DNA of 64,000 nucleotides from a virus (Duplodnaviria; Heunggongvirae; Uroviricota; Caudoviricetes): IMG/VR virus record IMGVR_UViG_3300049174_000031; one strand, 5' to 3'. Shown piece by piece: positions 50,937 to 61,071 of this stretch (position 1 is its first letter; each line of letters starts with the position of its first letter). The notes under the pieces were generated by a model. It saw only the letters and a program-made list of their open reading frames with translations, ran no database searches and was not told where the DNA came from. The position numbers and the translations under genes were made by a program.

Positions 50937-51724
50937 TCAGGCGCTGAACTCGTCACCCTCGTCGTGACGGGCCGGAATGAACTCGCGCACCGGGGCCTCC
51001 GACTCAACGACAGTGCCCTCGATGGCGGCCACTATCGAGCGACCCTCGACCCTGGCCATGAACGCCTCCTGCAGCTCCTCGGGGACGAACTCCTGGGCGG
51101 CCCGGATCATCCGGTCCAGCGCATAGATCATATCGGCCATCTTGCGGTTGGAGGCGTCTTTGGCCTGCATATCGTGCAGGATCTTGGCGGCGTTGACGGC
51201 CTGGTCCACGCTCACCACGGTATCGTCGGCCGTCACGGTGGCGTAGCCCTTGGCCATCACGGTCTCGATGAGCGCGTACTCGGTGACGATGTTCTCCACG
51301 CCGTTGACGTAGTCCAGGTTGGCCTCGGCCGCACGGCGCTCCAAGATCCGGCGGTAGGCGGCCTGAGCTGGCTTGTGGATACCGAAGTGGTAGAGGACGT
51401 GCTTGCGCACGCTGTTCGCGGTGATGAGGTTGATGTGGTCCCCGCCCGCCTTGCGCCGGGAGTTGATCTCCGAGCAGGCCTCCACGATCTCGCGGTTGGT
51501 GAACCCCTGAGCGGCCAACTTGTTGACCAGGTTCTTGGACTCCACCTCCCAGCACACATGACAGCGGTGCACCGGGATGCGGGTGTGCAGCTGCTCCTCG
51601 GCGGTGCGCGGGCAGTCCAGCTCGCCGCGTGCCTGGGCCGCCTCGATCTCGGCCTGCGCCGCCTGGCTGAGCGTGCTGCGACGGTCCTCGAAATCCTCGG
51701 CGAAGTCCTTGGCCGCGGTCATGG
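50937..51724 (-). CDS. Hypothetical protein (~262 aa)
   Basis: Real start MTAAKDFAEDFEDRR; contains CPRT...CHVCWEV. Confidence 0.5.
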
Positions 51725-51726
51725 CC

Positions 51727-52020
51727 CTACCCCTCTTCCTGACTGTGGTGCCCAGGCCGGTGCCCGAAGGTCGGGTTGTAAGCCCGCTTGAACAGTCCAC
51801 TCATCAGCGACTCGTCGCAGAAGCCGTGCCCGTTGGACACCTCATGGGAATAGCGCAACAACAGCTGGTCCTTGGTCAGATAGTCGCGCTTGTCCCGTAG
51901 TGCAGTGACCCCCTCGCGGCCCTTGGCCAATAACTCCGCGGCCTTCTGTTCCAGCAGATGGTTCTCGCCCGGCCGCAGTGGCAACAGCGACGTGTCCTCG
52001 GGCAGCTCGAAGGTGGTCAT
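51727..52020 (-). CDS. Hypothetical protein (97 aa)
   Basis: ORF. Confidence 0.45.
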   Translation of the reverse strand: MTTFELPEDTSLLPLRPGENHLLEQKAAELLAKGREGVTALRDKRDYLTKDQLLLRYSHEVSNGHGFCDESLMSGLFKRAYNPTFGHRPGHHSQEEG

Positions 52021-52025
52021 AGTGG

Positions 52026-52667
52026 CTACCCGGTCGCGGCCAGCTCTTTGGCCATCTCATTGAGATCCGGCTTGCCCTCGGGCTTAGGAAGCGACGGGCT
52101 GGCCGGTGGGGCCGGGGGTGTGGGGGCCGACTTGGGTGCAGTCAGCCCGAGGATGTCGTCGCACTGGGCCAGAGCCACCTTCAGGCCCTCCATCTGGACC
52201 ATGATGTCCTTACGTGCGGCTTCCATGTGCCTCTTGAGCAGCGGGTGCAGGGTGTTGGACACGATCAGCCTTCCTGATTTGTCTTTCGTGGGTTTGATGA
52301 GTTCCAGCGGGGGCCAGAATCCGTTTTGCTTGGCATCGTAATGGTCAACCATCCGTACCAGACCGGAGTCGGCGTACTGCTGGACGGGGGTCGAAGAGTT
52401 GGAGTTGGGCAGCAGCTTGTCCTTGGCCGCGGCCTCGGTGTAGCCCTGCATGCAGATCAAAACGAAGGCCTCCCGTTGCCGCTTGGGCAGATACGAGAGG
52501 CCCACCATCAGGTCGCCGAGGTAGATGTCCTCCCCCTCCGGGGAGACCATCACATCACTCATCCCGCGGTCCTCCATCAGGGCATGCCAATGTTCGAGGT
52601 GTTGGTACATGCGCTTGAAGTACTGCAGCCTGCGCTTGTAGGGATCGTCGGGGAGGCGACGGGTCAT
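52026..52667 (-). CDS. Sigma-70 region-4-like transcription regulator (213 aa)
   Basis: LSYLPKRQREAFVLICMQGYTEAAAKDKL resembles ECF sigma region 4 (LPxRQREVF..GLSY.EIA). Confidence 0.45.
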   Translation of the reverse strand: MTRRLPDDPYKRRLQYFKRMYQHLEHWHALMEDRGMSDVMVSPEGEDIYLGDLMVGLSYLPKRQREAFVLICMQGYTEAAAKDKLLPNSNSSTPVQQYADSGLVRMVDHYDAKQNGFWPPLELIKPTKDKSGRLIVSNTLHPLLKRHMEAARKDIMVQMEGLKVALAQCDDILGLTAPKSAPTPPAPPASPSLPKPEGKPDLNEMAKELAATG

Positions 52668-52670
52668 AGT

Positions 52671-53186
52671 TCACCCGCTATTGGAAATAAGTTGCTTCCA
52701 AGATCTGCCAGTTGTAATTGCGCTTATTGATTGCTGCGTGATGCCGAAATTGCGAGCCAATTCGACCTGCGTTACTCCCGCAGCGTGTTGGCGACGGACC
52801 TCAAGAACCTGATCCGCTGTAAGCCTGGCTGTATGAACTCGTTCTCCCCAGGCCTGCCGACCTCGGTCTACCTTGTCTTGCTGGTTCTCCTGAGTAGTGC
52901 CGCTCAAGAGATGCACAGGGTGCACGCACGGAGGATTATCGCAGGTGTGCCTGACCTCATGCCCGTCGGGAAGATCCCCAACAAAGAGCTGGTAAGACAT
53001 CACATGAGCACGCATCAGCTTGCCGCCGAACTCCACCAGACCATAGCCGTCTGTGTGGAAGGCACCGCCTGACCATTCCCAGCACCCGGCGACCGGGGGG
53101 TCGCCGGGCATATACCACCGAAATACCTCCAACATCGAAAGCCCCGGTGGGCGATTAACGGTCATCGCTGTGACTTTATCTGCCAC
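52671..53186 (-). CDS. HNH homing endonuclease with C-terminal HTH
   Basis: GCWEWSGG..DGYGL...AHVMSY...CDNPPCVHPVHL; C-terminal VTQVELARNFGITQQSIS HTH. Confidence 0.8.
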   Translation of the reverse strand: MADKVTAMTVNRPPGLSMLEVFRWYMPGDPPVAGCWEWSGGAFHTDGYGLVEFGGKLMRAHVMSYQLFVGDLPDGHEVRHTCDNPPCVHPVHLLSGTTQENQQDKVDRGRQAWGERVHTARLTADQVLEVRRQHAAGVTQVELARNFGITQQSISAITTGRSWKQLISNSG

Positions 53187-53908
53187 CAGCGAATATCATT
53201 AAGCAGCTTCATGAATGCGTTGACTTCTTTCAAAAAGGCATCGGCTACGCTGTAGAGATAAAATCTGAAGTAGGCATGATAGCGATCCATGCGGGACTCC
53301 CGGTTGGCCTTGGCCGTCTTGTCCCCCTGCGTGCCCTCCATAATGCCCAGCCAGGCCTCGTCGGAGATGTCCCCGGCGATCTGGCGGGCGTACAACGCCT
53401 CTAACATCAGGCTGTTGACCTTGGGGGCCAGCGTCAACTTGACTCGTTCCAAGTTGAGCAGAGTGAACTCGATGTCCTGGCCGGTGAGCTGACTCCACCG
53501 CTCGATAATCCGGTTCTGATCATCACGCTGCCAGACCGTGCGGCCGGTGGTGTCCCTGACCACGATCCCCTCGCGGGTCGCAGGAACCCGCAGCATCTCG
53601 TAGAACTGGTCGATGATCTGAATGGTGCCCTCAAAGGCTTCGGCAAACATGCCGTCCGCGGAGGCCCTGACACGTTCCAGGGCTGCGCGGTCCTCGGGCC
53701 GCCAGGAGAATCTGATCTTGGTGAAGATGTTGTTCTCAGAGGCCAATGCGGCCTCCTCGGTGATGGCCGCAGCCTCTGCGACCGGCACACAGGTCTCGGT
53801 GACGAACTTCTTGGCGAGGTACTCCGCTTGGTCGCCGAGAGGGCGTCCAGAGGGCGAGTACTCCGGTTCTTGTTGGTCGCCTTCGAGAGGTGTAGAGGTC
53901 TCCAACAT
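53162..53908 (-). CDS. Hypothetical protein (248 aa)
   Basis: ORF. Confidence 0.5.
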   Translation of the reverse strand: MLETSTPLEGDQQEPEYSPSGRPLGDQAEYLAKKFVTETCVPVAEAAAITEEAALASENNIFTKIRFSWRPEDRAALERVRASADGMFAEAFEGTIQIIDQFYEMLRVPATREGIVVRDTTGRTVWQRDDQNRIIERWSQLTGQDIEFTLLNLERVKLTLAPKVNSLMLEALYARQIAGDISDEAWLGIMEGTQGDKTAKANRESRMDRYHAYFRFYLYSVADAFLKEVNAFMKLLNDIRWWQIKSQR

Positions 53909-53951
53909 TCCTCCAAATCAAATTCTGTGAGCAGGATAACACGATGGAAAC

Positions 53952-54430
53952 TTAGGTTTGGGATTCCGAAACCCAAACATGCACGCCAGGGCCCTCGCCG
54001 CGATTGGCCACCCGCTTGACGGCCATCAGCATGGTCACCTGGGAGTCGTCGGTCCACAGCACATGGGTCAGCGCGTCAAGGATGGCTCGGGCCATCTTGT
54101 CGATGTCGGGCTTCTTGGTGGCCGGTGGAGTGCGCGACTGCGGGGTGGCCTGCGGCCTGTAGAGAATGAACTCCATCCCCACGGCGATAGGACCCTTCAG
54201 AAGGGGCTGAAAGCCCCCTTCTTCGAGGGTGCGGTTGGCCACCTTGCCTTGAGCCTCATGCGCGGCCAGGGCCACCCGCTCGCGCCACGGCCCCAGCTCG
54301 GTGTTGTCCTCGCGCATGCCCCAGCGGGTCTTGACCTTGGAGCCTTGGGCCTGGGGGCGGCCGGGCACGAAGAAGGTGATCACTTGAACGTCCGGGTGCA
54401 CGGGCAGATGACCAGGGCCCCGCTGGCCCC
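53952..54430 (-). CDS. rusA: RusA-like Holliday junction resolvase
   Basis: VITFFVPGRPQAQGSK ... DIDKMARAILDALT ... DDSQV, the RusA family pattern; the track ORF's N-terminal extension is junk frame. Confidence 0.65.
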
Positions 54431-54503
54431 GCGCTTCTGGTGGCGGCAGCCGCACCACCGGGTGTGGATGGCGACGGGGTGCGGACACTCCGGGCACTTG
54501 GGC

Positions 54504-55282
54504 TCAGCCATGGCGGCCCCCGAGCGGGGCCTCGTCAGCCAGCCAGCAGCAGAACCGGGCCGGGCAGGCGTCGATGGTCTTTTTGTCGCCGGGCCCGCAG
54601 CAGTGCCGCGGCGGCTCGTTGTTGCGGATCGCCTCGCGCACCCGATCGAACTTCTCGTAGATGCCGTCGAGCAGCTGGCGGTCGCGCTTGATGTGGAACT
54701 CGCGCAGCCGGTAGGGGAAGCCGCTCTCGGCCATCAGCAGCACCCCCAGATCGCAGTCCTGGGAGTCCAGGCCGAGGTTGAGCTGGGCCACCCAGGACGG
54801 CTCTGGGGCCTCCTGGCGGGCCCACTTGAAGTGGGTGCGGGTCTTGAACTCCACCGGCAGCCGCCCGACGCTGGGATGGTTGGTCACCCAGTCGATCCGG
54901 CCGCGAACGTGGTGGGCGCGGTTGATGTACTCCACCTCGATGTCCTCGCGGGTGACCAGCTTGCACATCTCCATCTGGGTCTGGATCACCCCGTGCAAGG
55001 CGCTGCCCATCGCCAGCGTCATCTGGCGCTGCACGCTGTTGCGCTCGAAGGCCAGCTCGTCGGCGTAGTCGGGGTGGAAGATGTAGTAGAGCTGGCGCTC
55101 GCCCATCATCGGGTGAGTCGATGGGTGGAAGTACCCGTCACCCGCGCCGTAGTAGGGTCTCGAATCAATACGGATGTCGTAGTAGGGCGGCCAGTTGTCG
55201 GCCAGCATTCCGGCTTCAAAGTACGGCGTGATCAGGTCGCGCTGGCCCAGCGCCTTGAGCAGAGATTCAAACCCGCCTGGCA
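54504..55282 (-). CDS. Cas4/RecB-family PD-(D/E)xK exonuclease with C-terminal Cys cluster
   Basis: GRIDWV ... LPVEFKT (D...ExK); C-terminal CCGPGDKKTIDACPARFCC Fe-S-like cluster; real start MPGGFESLLKAL. Confidence 0.55.
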
Positions 55283-55608
55283 TCCAGCAACTCCTCGAAG
55301 TCCGAAAGACTGAGCACAACGTAGTCCTCGGCACCGACGCCGTCGCGGAACGAGAACCGGATGCCCAGGATCATGCGCTTGCCCAGGCTGGTCGCCATCT
55401 CCCTCCACTGGGCCAGCTCGAAGGCGGTGAGGCGATAGCTGCGGGCCTCGGTGTAGCGGGCCTCGATATACCAGGACCAGGAACCGCGGTTGCGCGTCTG
55501 GGCATCCCCCTTGGCAAACCATCTGTTGCCCGAGGCGATGGTGGTCACCGCGCCCAGCGCTTCGGCCAGGTCCTTCTCCCAGCGCTGCCAGCGCTCACGT
55601 AGGGTCAC
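55267..55608 (-). CDS. Hypothetical protein (113 aa)
   Basis: ORF. Confidence 0.45.
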   Translation of the reverse strand: MTLRERWQRWEKDLAEALGAVTTIASGNRWFAKGDAQTRNRGSWSWYIEARYTEARSYRLTAFELAQWREMATSLGKRMILGIRFSFRDGVGAEDYVVLSLSDFEELLDARRV

Positions 55609-56716
55609 GGAACAGGTCCTTGTGGTACATGCCCAGCATGTCGGTGCTCACCTCGGCCTCGGGATCGGACATCGGGGCCACATGGGCACCGACGGTGGCG
55701 ATGGTGGCCATCACCTCGACGGCCAGCGCCTTCTGGATCTCCTTGTCCTCCTTGACCGCCGCCTTGAAGGCGTCGAAGCCCTGCAGCTTGCCGCCGGGCA
55801 GCAGGTCGTGGTGATACCAACCGCCCTTGCGGGTCACCACCTTGGTGAGCGGGGCCAGCCTGGTGATCTCGTCCAACTTGTCGATGCCGAAGGGGTGCTC
55901 GGGAGTGGGGATGTTGTAGAACCAGTACATGGCCGTGCGGCCCTCCGGGCCCACGCCGTTCTTGCGCACCTTGGCGTGGATGTCGTAGCCGATCCGCATC
56001 TTCTCCCCGTTGATGGTGGCCTCCTCCTTCTCCCGGCCGCGCACCAGCTCGATGCGCAGCGTGCAGTGGTGCCGCCAGGCCCAGCCGCCGGGTGTGTCCA
56101 CCAGGCCGGGGATACGGGTGTTGATCACCGAGCGCACCTGGTTGATGCCGATGGTCAGGCAGTCGCGAATGGAGGCCTGGGTGCAGGCGGCCCGCGCCCA
56201 CACCGTGACCCCCGAGGAGTTGCCGGTGACCGTGCGGACCTCGGCGTCCTCGTTGTCGCGCACCGTGGGGGAACCGCCGATGGAGTCGAGGATGGCACAG
56301 CACATCGGCCACTTGCTCAGCGCGTAGCGGTACATGTTGGTGGCCTCTTCGATGGTCTCGGGCTGCATGTAGAACAGCCGGGTGTCCAGCAGCTCGGGGC
56401 CCACGATCATTTCCAGCCAGTCCTTGTCGATCTTGTGCTCCACGTCCATGAACAGCCCGTAGTGGTTGGGGCGCAGGTCCAGGGCGTTGAGCATGGCGTG
56501 CAGCGCCAGCGTGGTCTTGCCGGTGCCCTCCTTGCCGTAGATCTCCACCACCCGGTTGGAGGGGAAGCCGCCGAAGTCGGTGGCGTAGTCCAGCGCCAGG
56601 GAGCCGGTGGAGATGGGATCGCCGACGGGGATCTCGCTGCCCATCATCACGGCCTCGTCGCCGAAACGCTTCTGCATGTCGGCCTTGATCGCCTGGGCCT
56701 GTGGATTGGGGGGCAT
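55595..56716 (-). CDS. RecA-like recombinase/ATPase
   Basis: ISTGSLALDYATDFGGFPSNRVVEIYGKEGTGKTTLAL matches the RecA N-terminal core and Walker A; real start MPPNPQAQ overlaps the polymerase stop (TGATG). Confidence 0.7.
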   Translation of the reverse strand: MPPNPQAQAIKADMQKRFGDEAVMMGSEIPVGDPISTGSLALDYATDFGGFPSNRVVEIYGKEGTGKTTLALHAMLNALDLRPNHYGLFMDVEHKIDKDWLEMIVGPELLDTRLFYMQPETIEEATNMYRYALSKWPMCCAILDSIGGSPTVRDNEDAEVRTVTGNSSGVTVWARAACTQASIRDCLTIGINQVRSVINTRIPGLVDTPGGWAWRHHCTLRIELVRGREKEEATINGEKMRIGYDIHAKVRKNGVGPEGRTAMYWFYNIPTPEHPFGIDKLDEITRLAPLTKVVTRKGGWYHHDLLPGGKLQGFDAFKAAVKEDKEIQKALAVEVMATIATVGAHVAPMSDPEAEVSTDMLGMYHKDLFRDPT

Positions 56717-59700
56717 CAGGGGAGTCCTTCCCGGTCGAAGAGTTGGTCGAGCCGAATGACCTGTTCCAGACAACAGCCGTTGTCAAGTCTGCGCACCCGC
56801 AGCGCCACCGGGGCACCCAGTTCCAGCAGGTCCTTGGACATGGCCCACTGCTCGGGCCACACCGTCACCTTGAAGTCGGCCTCGTTCCACTGCACCGTCA
56901 GGTGCGCCATGGCCGCACCTGGGGTGCGGCCCCGCTTGGTGACCGTCGGCCGGATGCTGGTGAGCTGACCGCCCACGGTGAAGCGGTTGCCGCGGGGGAT
57001 GGCCATCATGTCGAAGGGATCGCGCAGGGCGCACTGGTCCAGGGTCTCCACGTAGCGCTCCATCGGGTCCACCGTGACATAGGTGCCGACCAACTTCTTC
57101 TCGATGTCGTACATGACCTTGGGATCGGCGAAGTCGGGCACCTCGATGGCGAACTCGGGATTGCCGCTCTGCAGGCGACGGGTCACCACCTTTTCCAGCC
57201 TGTCGGGATCGACCAGAGTGGAGTCGGCCAGCCCGCGAGCGGCCCGGTACCGGCGCAGCCGCTCCAACATGTCCTCGCGGGTGCCCATACCATCGAAGGC
57301 CCCGATGTGGATCAGGTTCTGCACCACCGTCTTGTCCGAGCCGTCCATGGAGCGGGACAGATAGTCCTCCAAGGAGCCGTAGGGCCGCCCGGCCATGATG
57401 CCCCGGCAGCTGACCGCACCCACGCCGTGCACGGTGTCGATGCCATAGCGGATGGCCTCGCCCTCAATGGTGAACTTGGTGGACGATTTGTTGATGTCGG
57501 GGGGCAGGATGATGATCTTGCGCCGCCTCGCCTCGCGGATGTAGCGGTTGATGCTGGCGCTGTCGGTGGCCATCAGGGCCACCAGGAACTCCTGCGGGTA
57601 GTGGTGCTTGGTCCACACCTCCCAGCTGGCGATGATGGCGTAGCCGACGGCGTGCGACCAGTTGAAGGCGTAGCGCCCGGCCGCCTCGATGGAGGTCCAG
57701 ATTTTCTCAGAAACTTTTTTGGCATTCTCCGTGGGTTGCCCGGCGAAGGATGACATATAAGCCTTCGAGGCCATACAACCCGTGACGAACTTCTGCTTGA
57801 AGGCCACGATCCTGTCCATGAACTTCTTGCCCAGCGCCTTGCGCAGGTCGTCGGCCTCGTCGGCGGTGAACCCGGCCAGCAGCTGGACGCACTCGATGAT
57901 CTGCTCCTGGTAGACCAGGATGCCGTGGGTGTTGGTGGACCACTTCGGGCCGACGATGGACTCCATCAGCGGGTGGTCGTAGGTCACCGGCTCCACCATG
58001 GCGCGGCGGCGCAGGTAGGGCTCCTTGAGCCCGGCGTCGGCCACGCCGGGCCGAATGATCGAGGTGAGGTCGGCCACGTCCACCTCGGAACGCGGCTTGA
58101 ACTCGATGGCGGCCTGGGTGCAGTTGGAGGTCTCCACCTGGAAAATGCCCAGCGTCTGGCCCACGTCGATCTGCGGCCAGATGGCCTCGTCGGCGAACAT
58201 CTCGTCGGTGAAGGTCAGCACGTTGGAGCAACCACGGGGTGTGGACAACCCGGAGCGGTCGTAGTCGATCCACACCCCGTGGCGCTCATATATGAGGCGG
58301 CGGGCATGACTCAGGGTGTCCAGATGTCGGATGCCCAACAGGTCCAGCTTGACCCCACCTAAGAACTCCACCTCCCACATGTCCAACTGGGTGGTCAGCA
58401 CCTTCTTCTTGGTGCGGCGCAGCGGAACCCGGCCGAGCAGAGGCTCGGTGGAGATCAGAATGCCCGCGGGATGCACACCGGAGTGCCGGGCCAGCCCGGT
58501 CATCTCGCCCAGGTGCTCGAAGAGCTTGGGATACTTGCTGGCGTAGGGGGCCAACTCATGGCCCTTGCGCTCGACCAGCTCGGCGTAGGTCAGGTCCCCG
58601 GCGTCAGGGTCGTTGGGGTCGCGCAGCCGCTCCACCTCTTCGATGTGCTGACTGATGGTGTCGATGTCGGTGCGGCCCTCGGGGCGCTCGGTGATCTTCA
58701 ATGCCCTGGCCAAGTCGCGCAGCGTCTGCTTGGGCCCGTTGCGGTTGAGCGTGCCGATGATGCAGGTGTTCTCGCGCTGGAACCGGGCCTGCAGGTAGTC
58801 CAGCGCCTCGGGACGCTGGGACTGGGGCACGTCCACGTCGATGTCGGGCAGGCCCTTGCGGCCCGGCGACAGGAAGCGGCTGAACAGCGTGCCGTACTTG
58901 ACCGGGTCGATGATGTCGATGCCGATCAGGTAGGCCACCAGCGAACCACCGACCGACCCCCGGCCGGGGCCTATCAGCAACGGGTTCTTGGTGGCGCGGG
59001 GGTCGTTGCGGACATACTGGCTCCACGCGCCGCTGCGGTAGGCCAGCACGTAGTCGCGCACCACGTTGAAGTAGCCCGCGAAGTTCTTGTCGGAGATCAG
59101 CCGCAGCTCCTCCTCCAACCGGGGGAAGTAGACCGACTCGTCCTTGCCCGCGTCGGTGACATGACGCTTGAAGCCCTCCTCGCAGTAGGCCAGCAGGTCG
59201 CGCAGATCGTCGGCCTCGGACTCGGCCAACCGCGGAGCGCTCAGTGTGGGCTTGATCTCCACCCGGCACTGCTGCGCGATCCAGTGCGAGTTCTTGATGG
59301 CCTCGTCCACGACGTTGCAAGGGATCTCATGGCGGGCCATCCACTGGTGGATCTCCCCCTCGCCCATCAGATGATCGGCCTTCTGAGCCATCACTTCCAG
59401 GTTGGCCGCCAGCTTGTCGGAATTGTCGGAGGTGTTGAAGGCCCAGACGTACTCTTTGTTGATCCAGTGCTCGGGAGTGGCGTGATGGCTGTCGTTGACC
59501 ACCACCAAGGGCACCGACAGCTCCTGCGCGAAGCGCACCTTGGCCTTGTTGAGCAGGGTCATCGCTTCGTTCAGGCACTGCTGACACTCGGTTTTCTCAT
59601 CACCACCAGTGCAGTGCGGGTTGTTGGGGTGATCGGCGTGGGGGATGGGCTGCATGAATTGCCAGGTGTGCAACTCCATGTAGAAGCGGTCCCGGTAGAT

Positions 59701-60213
59701 ATGCCGCAGGGTGCCCAGCAGTTGGCGGGCCTTGTCGTCGCGCTCTGCAATCACCGCGTCGGCGAACTTGGTCATCATGCAGCCGTCGGACGCCCAGATA
59801 CCCTCGGCGTAAGTGGCCATCAGCTCGGGGGTGGCGATGGGCTTGTAGTCGAAGTACTGCTTCTCATACGCCATCGAGGACAGCGCCCACAGATTGGACA
59901 GGCCCTCGTCGGTCATTGCCAGCAGGCAGATGTGACTGGGGTAAGGACGGCGGTCCCTGCCCTTCTGCTCCCGGTGCCACGCCACCTCCTCGGCGTGCAT
60001 CCAGTAGCCCTCCATGCCGGGAATGAACCCGATGCCCGCGGCCTCGGCGGCCTTGGCCCCGGCCAGGTGCTGGTTGCACTCGCCGTGGTCGGTGAAGGCG
60101 ACGTAGTCCATCCCCAGGTCTACGGCGCGGTCGATGACCTCGGCCGCTCGGGCCTCCCCGTCGAGGAAGGACCCCTCGGTGTGTTGATGGAGGTTGCATT
60201 GGAGTGTCATCAC
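56716..60213 (-). CDS. dnaE: DNA polymerase III alpha subunit (DnaE-type, 1165 aa)
   Basis: N-terminal PHP domain (LHQHTEGSFLDGEA...YVAFTDHG), length and overall layout of DnaE. Confidence 0.8.
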   Translation of the reverse strand: MMTLQCNLHQHTEGSFLDGEARAAEVIDRAVDLGMDYVAFTDHGECNQHLAGAKAAEAAGIGFIPGMEGYWMHAEEVAWHREQKGRDRRPYPSHICLLAMTDEGLSNLWALSSMAYEKQYFDYKPIATPELMATYAEGIWASDGCMMTKFADAVIAERDDKARQLLGTLRHIYRDRFYMELHTWQFMQPIPHADHPNNPHCTGGDEKTECQQCLNEAMTLLNKAKVRFAQELSVPLVVVNDSHHATPEHWINKEYVWAFNTSDNSDKLAANLEVMAQKADHLMGEGEIHQWMARHEIPCNVVDEAIKNSHWIAQQCRVEIKPTLSAPRLAESEADDLRDLLAYCEEGFKRHVTDAGKDESVYFPRLEEELRLISDKNFAGYFNVVRDYVLAYRSGAWSQYVRNDPRATKNPLLIGPGRGSVGGSLVAYLIGIDIIDPVKYGTLFSRFLSPGRKGLPDIDVDVPQSQRPEALDYLQARFQRENTCIIGTLNRNGPKQTLRDLARALKITERPEGRTDIDTISQHIEEVERLRDPNDPDAGDLTYAELVERKGHELAPYASKYPKLFEHLGEMTGLARHSGVHPAGILISTEPLLGRVPLRRTKKKVLTTQLDMWEVEFLGGVKLDLLGIRHLDTLSHARRLIYERHGVWIDYDRSGLSTPRGCSNVLTFTDEMFADEAIWPQIDVGQTLGIFQVETSNCTQAAIEFKPRSEVDVADLTSIIRPGVADAGLKEPYLRRRAMVEPVTYDHPLMESIVGPKWSTNTHGILVYQEQIIECVQLLAGFTADEADDLRKALGKKFMDRIVAFKQKFVTGCMASKAYMSSFAGQPTENAKKVSEKIWTSIEAAGRYAFNWSHAVGYAIIASWEVWTKHHYPQEFLVALMATDSASINRYIREARRRKIIILPPDINKSSTKFTIEGEAIRYGIDTVHGVGAVSCRGIMAGRPYGSLEDYLSRSMDGSDKTVVQNLIHIGAFDGMGTREDMLERLRRYRAARGLADSTLVDPDRLEKVVTRRLQSGNPEFAIEVPDFADPKVMYDIEKKLVGTYVTVDPMERYVETLDQCALRDPFDMMAIPRGNRFTVGGQLTSIRPTVTKRGRTPGAAMAHLTVQWNEADFKVTVWPEQWAMSKDLLELGAPVALRVRRLDNGCCLEQVIRLDQLFDREGLP

Positions 60214-60712
60214 TGCCCGACGGGGGTAGGGAGTCCAGACACCTCGAAACGACGAAGCTGCTTTTGGGTCATCACATAGCAGTCGCCGTGCCCGACATCC
60301 TTGAGGTTGGCCGGGGCGATGAAATCCCCGGACGGCACCCAGCCCAGCAAGGTCACCTCGGCACCGCGCACCAGGGCCAGCACATAGAGGTCACAGGAAT
60401 CAACCTGCTTCCAGCGCGGGGCGATCAGCCGGTGGTCGGGGTGGCTCACCGCCTTGATGTCCACCCGCACGTCCTTGTCTTTGCCCATCACCACATCGGA
60501 GGAGTGTGCCGTGGCCGGGGCAGTGAGATCGGGAAAGACATTGGCCCACTTGGCGAAGGCGATCTCTGCCGTTACCCCGGCCACCTTGTCCCCGAACGGA
60601 TCGGGGGAGAAGTGCGGGTCGGTCAGCTTGGCCGCCGCACAGGCCAGCTCACGGTAGGAGGCGATGAAGCGTGCACACGCCAGCTCGCCGGGGTCCAGGC
60701 TGATCGTGACCA
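60210..60712 (-). CDS. Hypothetical protein (~165 aa)
   Basis: Probable GTG start (VVTISLDPGELA); track N-terminal extension is junk frame; ATGA overlap with dnaE. Confidence 0.45.
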
Positions 60713-60723
60713 CCAGTCGTCCC

Positions 60724-61071
60724 CTAGCGCGAGCAGCCAACCGTTGGCGGTGTCGTCGGATAGGCGTTGGGCGGGACCGGCCCCGGCCACCCGAACGGCC
60801 ACCCCACGTCGCCATTGTTGTACCAGTTGAACATGTTGGAGAACCCAGGCGGGTTGGGGTGGGTCGCCAGCCTCTCCGAGCAGCCCGAGCCGGGATTGCT
60901 GCTGGACACACTGGACTGGCTTGAACTGGTCATCCCCGGTGGGGGCGGGGGTGCCGTCGTGATGACGGCCGGGGGCATCGGCGTGGAGCCCTCGTCCTGG
61001 TTGTCGGCCAGCGCGGCCGGGGCGGTGAAGAGACCCGCCCCGACCACACATGCCATGATGACGTACCGCAT
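60724..61071 (-). CDS. Secreted Pro-rich protein with signal peptide (115 aa)
   Basis: MRYVIMACVVGAGLFTAPAALA signal peptide; PPPPPG; C-terminal W/G/P-rich. Confidence 0.5.
   Translation of the reverse strand: MRYVIMACVVGAGLFTAPAALADNQDEGSTPMPPAVITTAPPPPPGMTSSSQSSVSSSNPGSGCSERLATHPNPPGFSNMFNWYNNGDVGWPFGWPGPVPPNAYPTTPPTVGCSR

Noticed and set aside
55605-56816. Alternative 403-aa minus ORF overlapping the RecA-like gene in another frame
   Set aside because: Arg/Pro/Gly-rich junk; the 55595-56716 frame carries the RecA/Walker A motifs.
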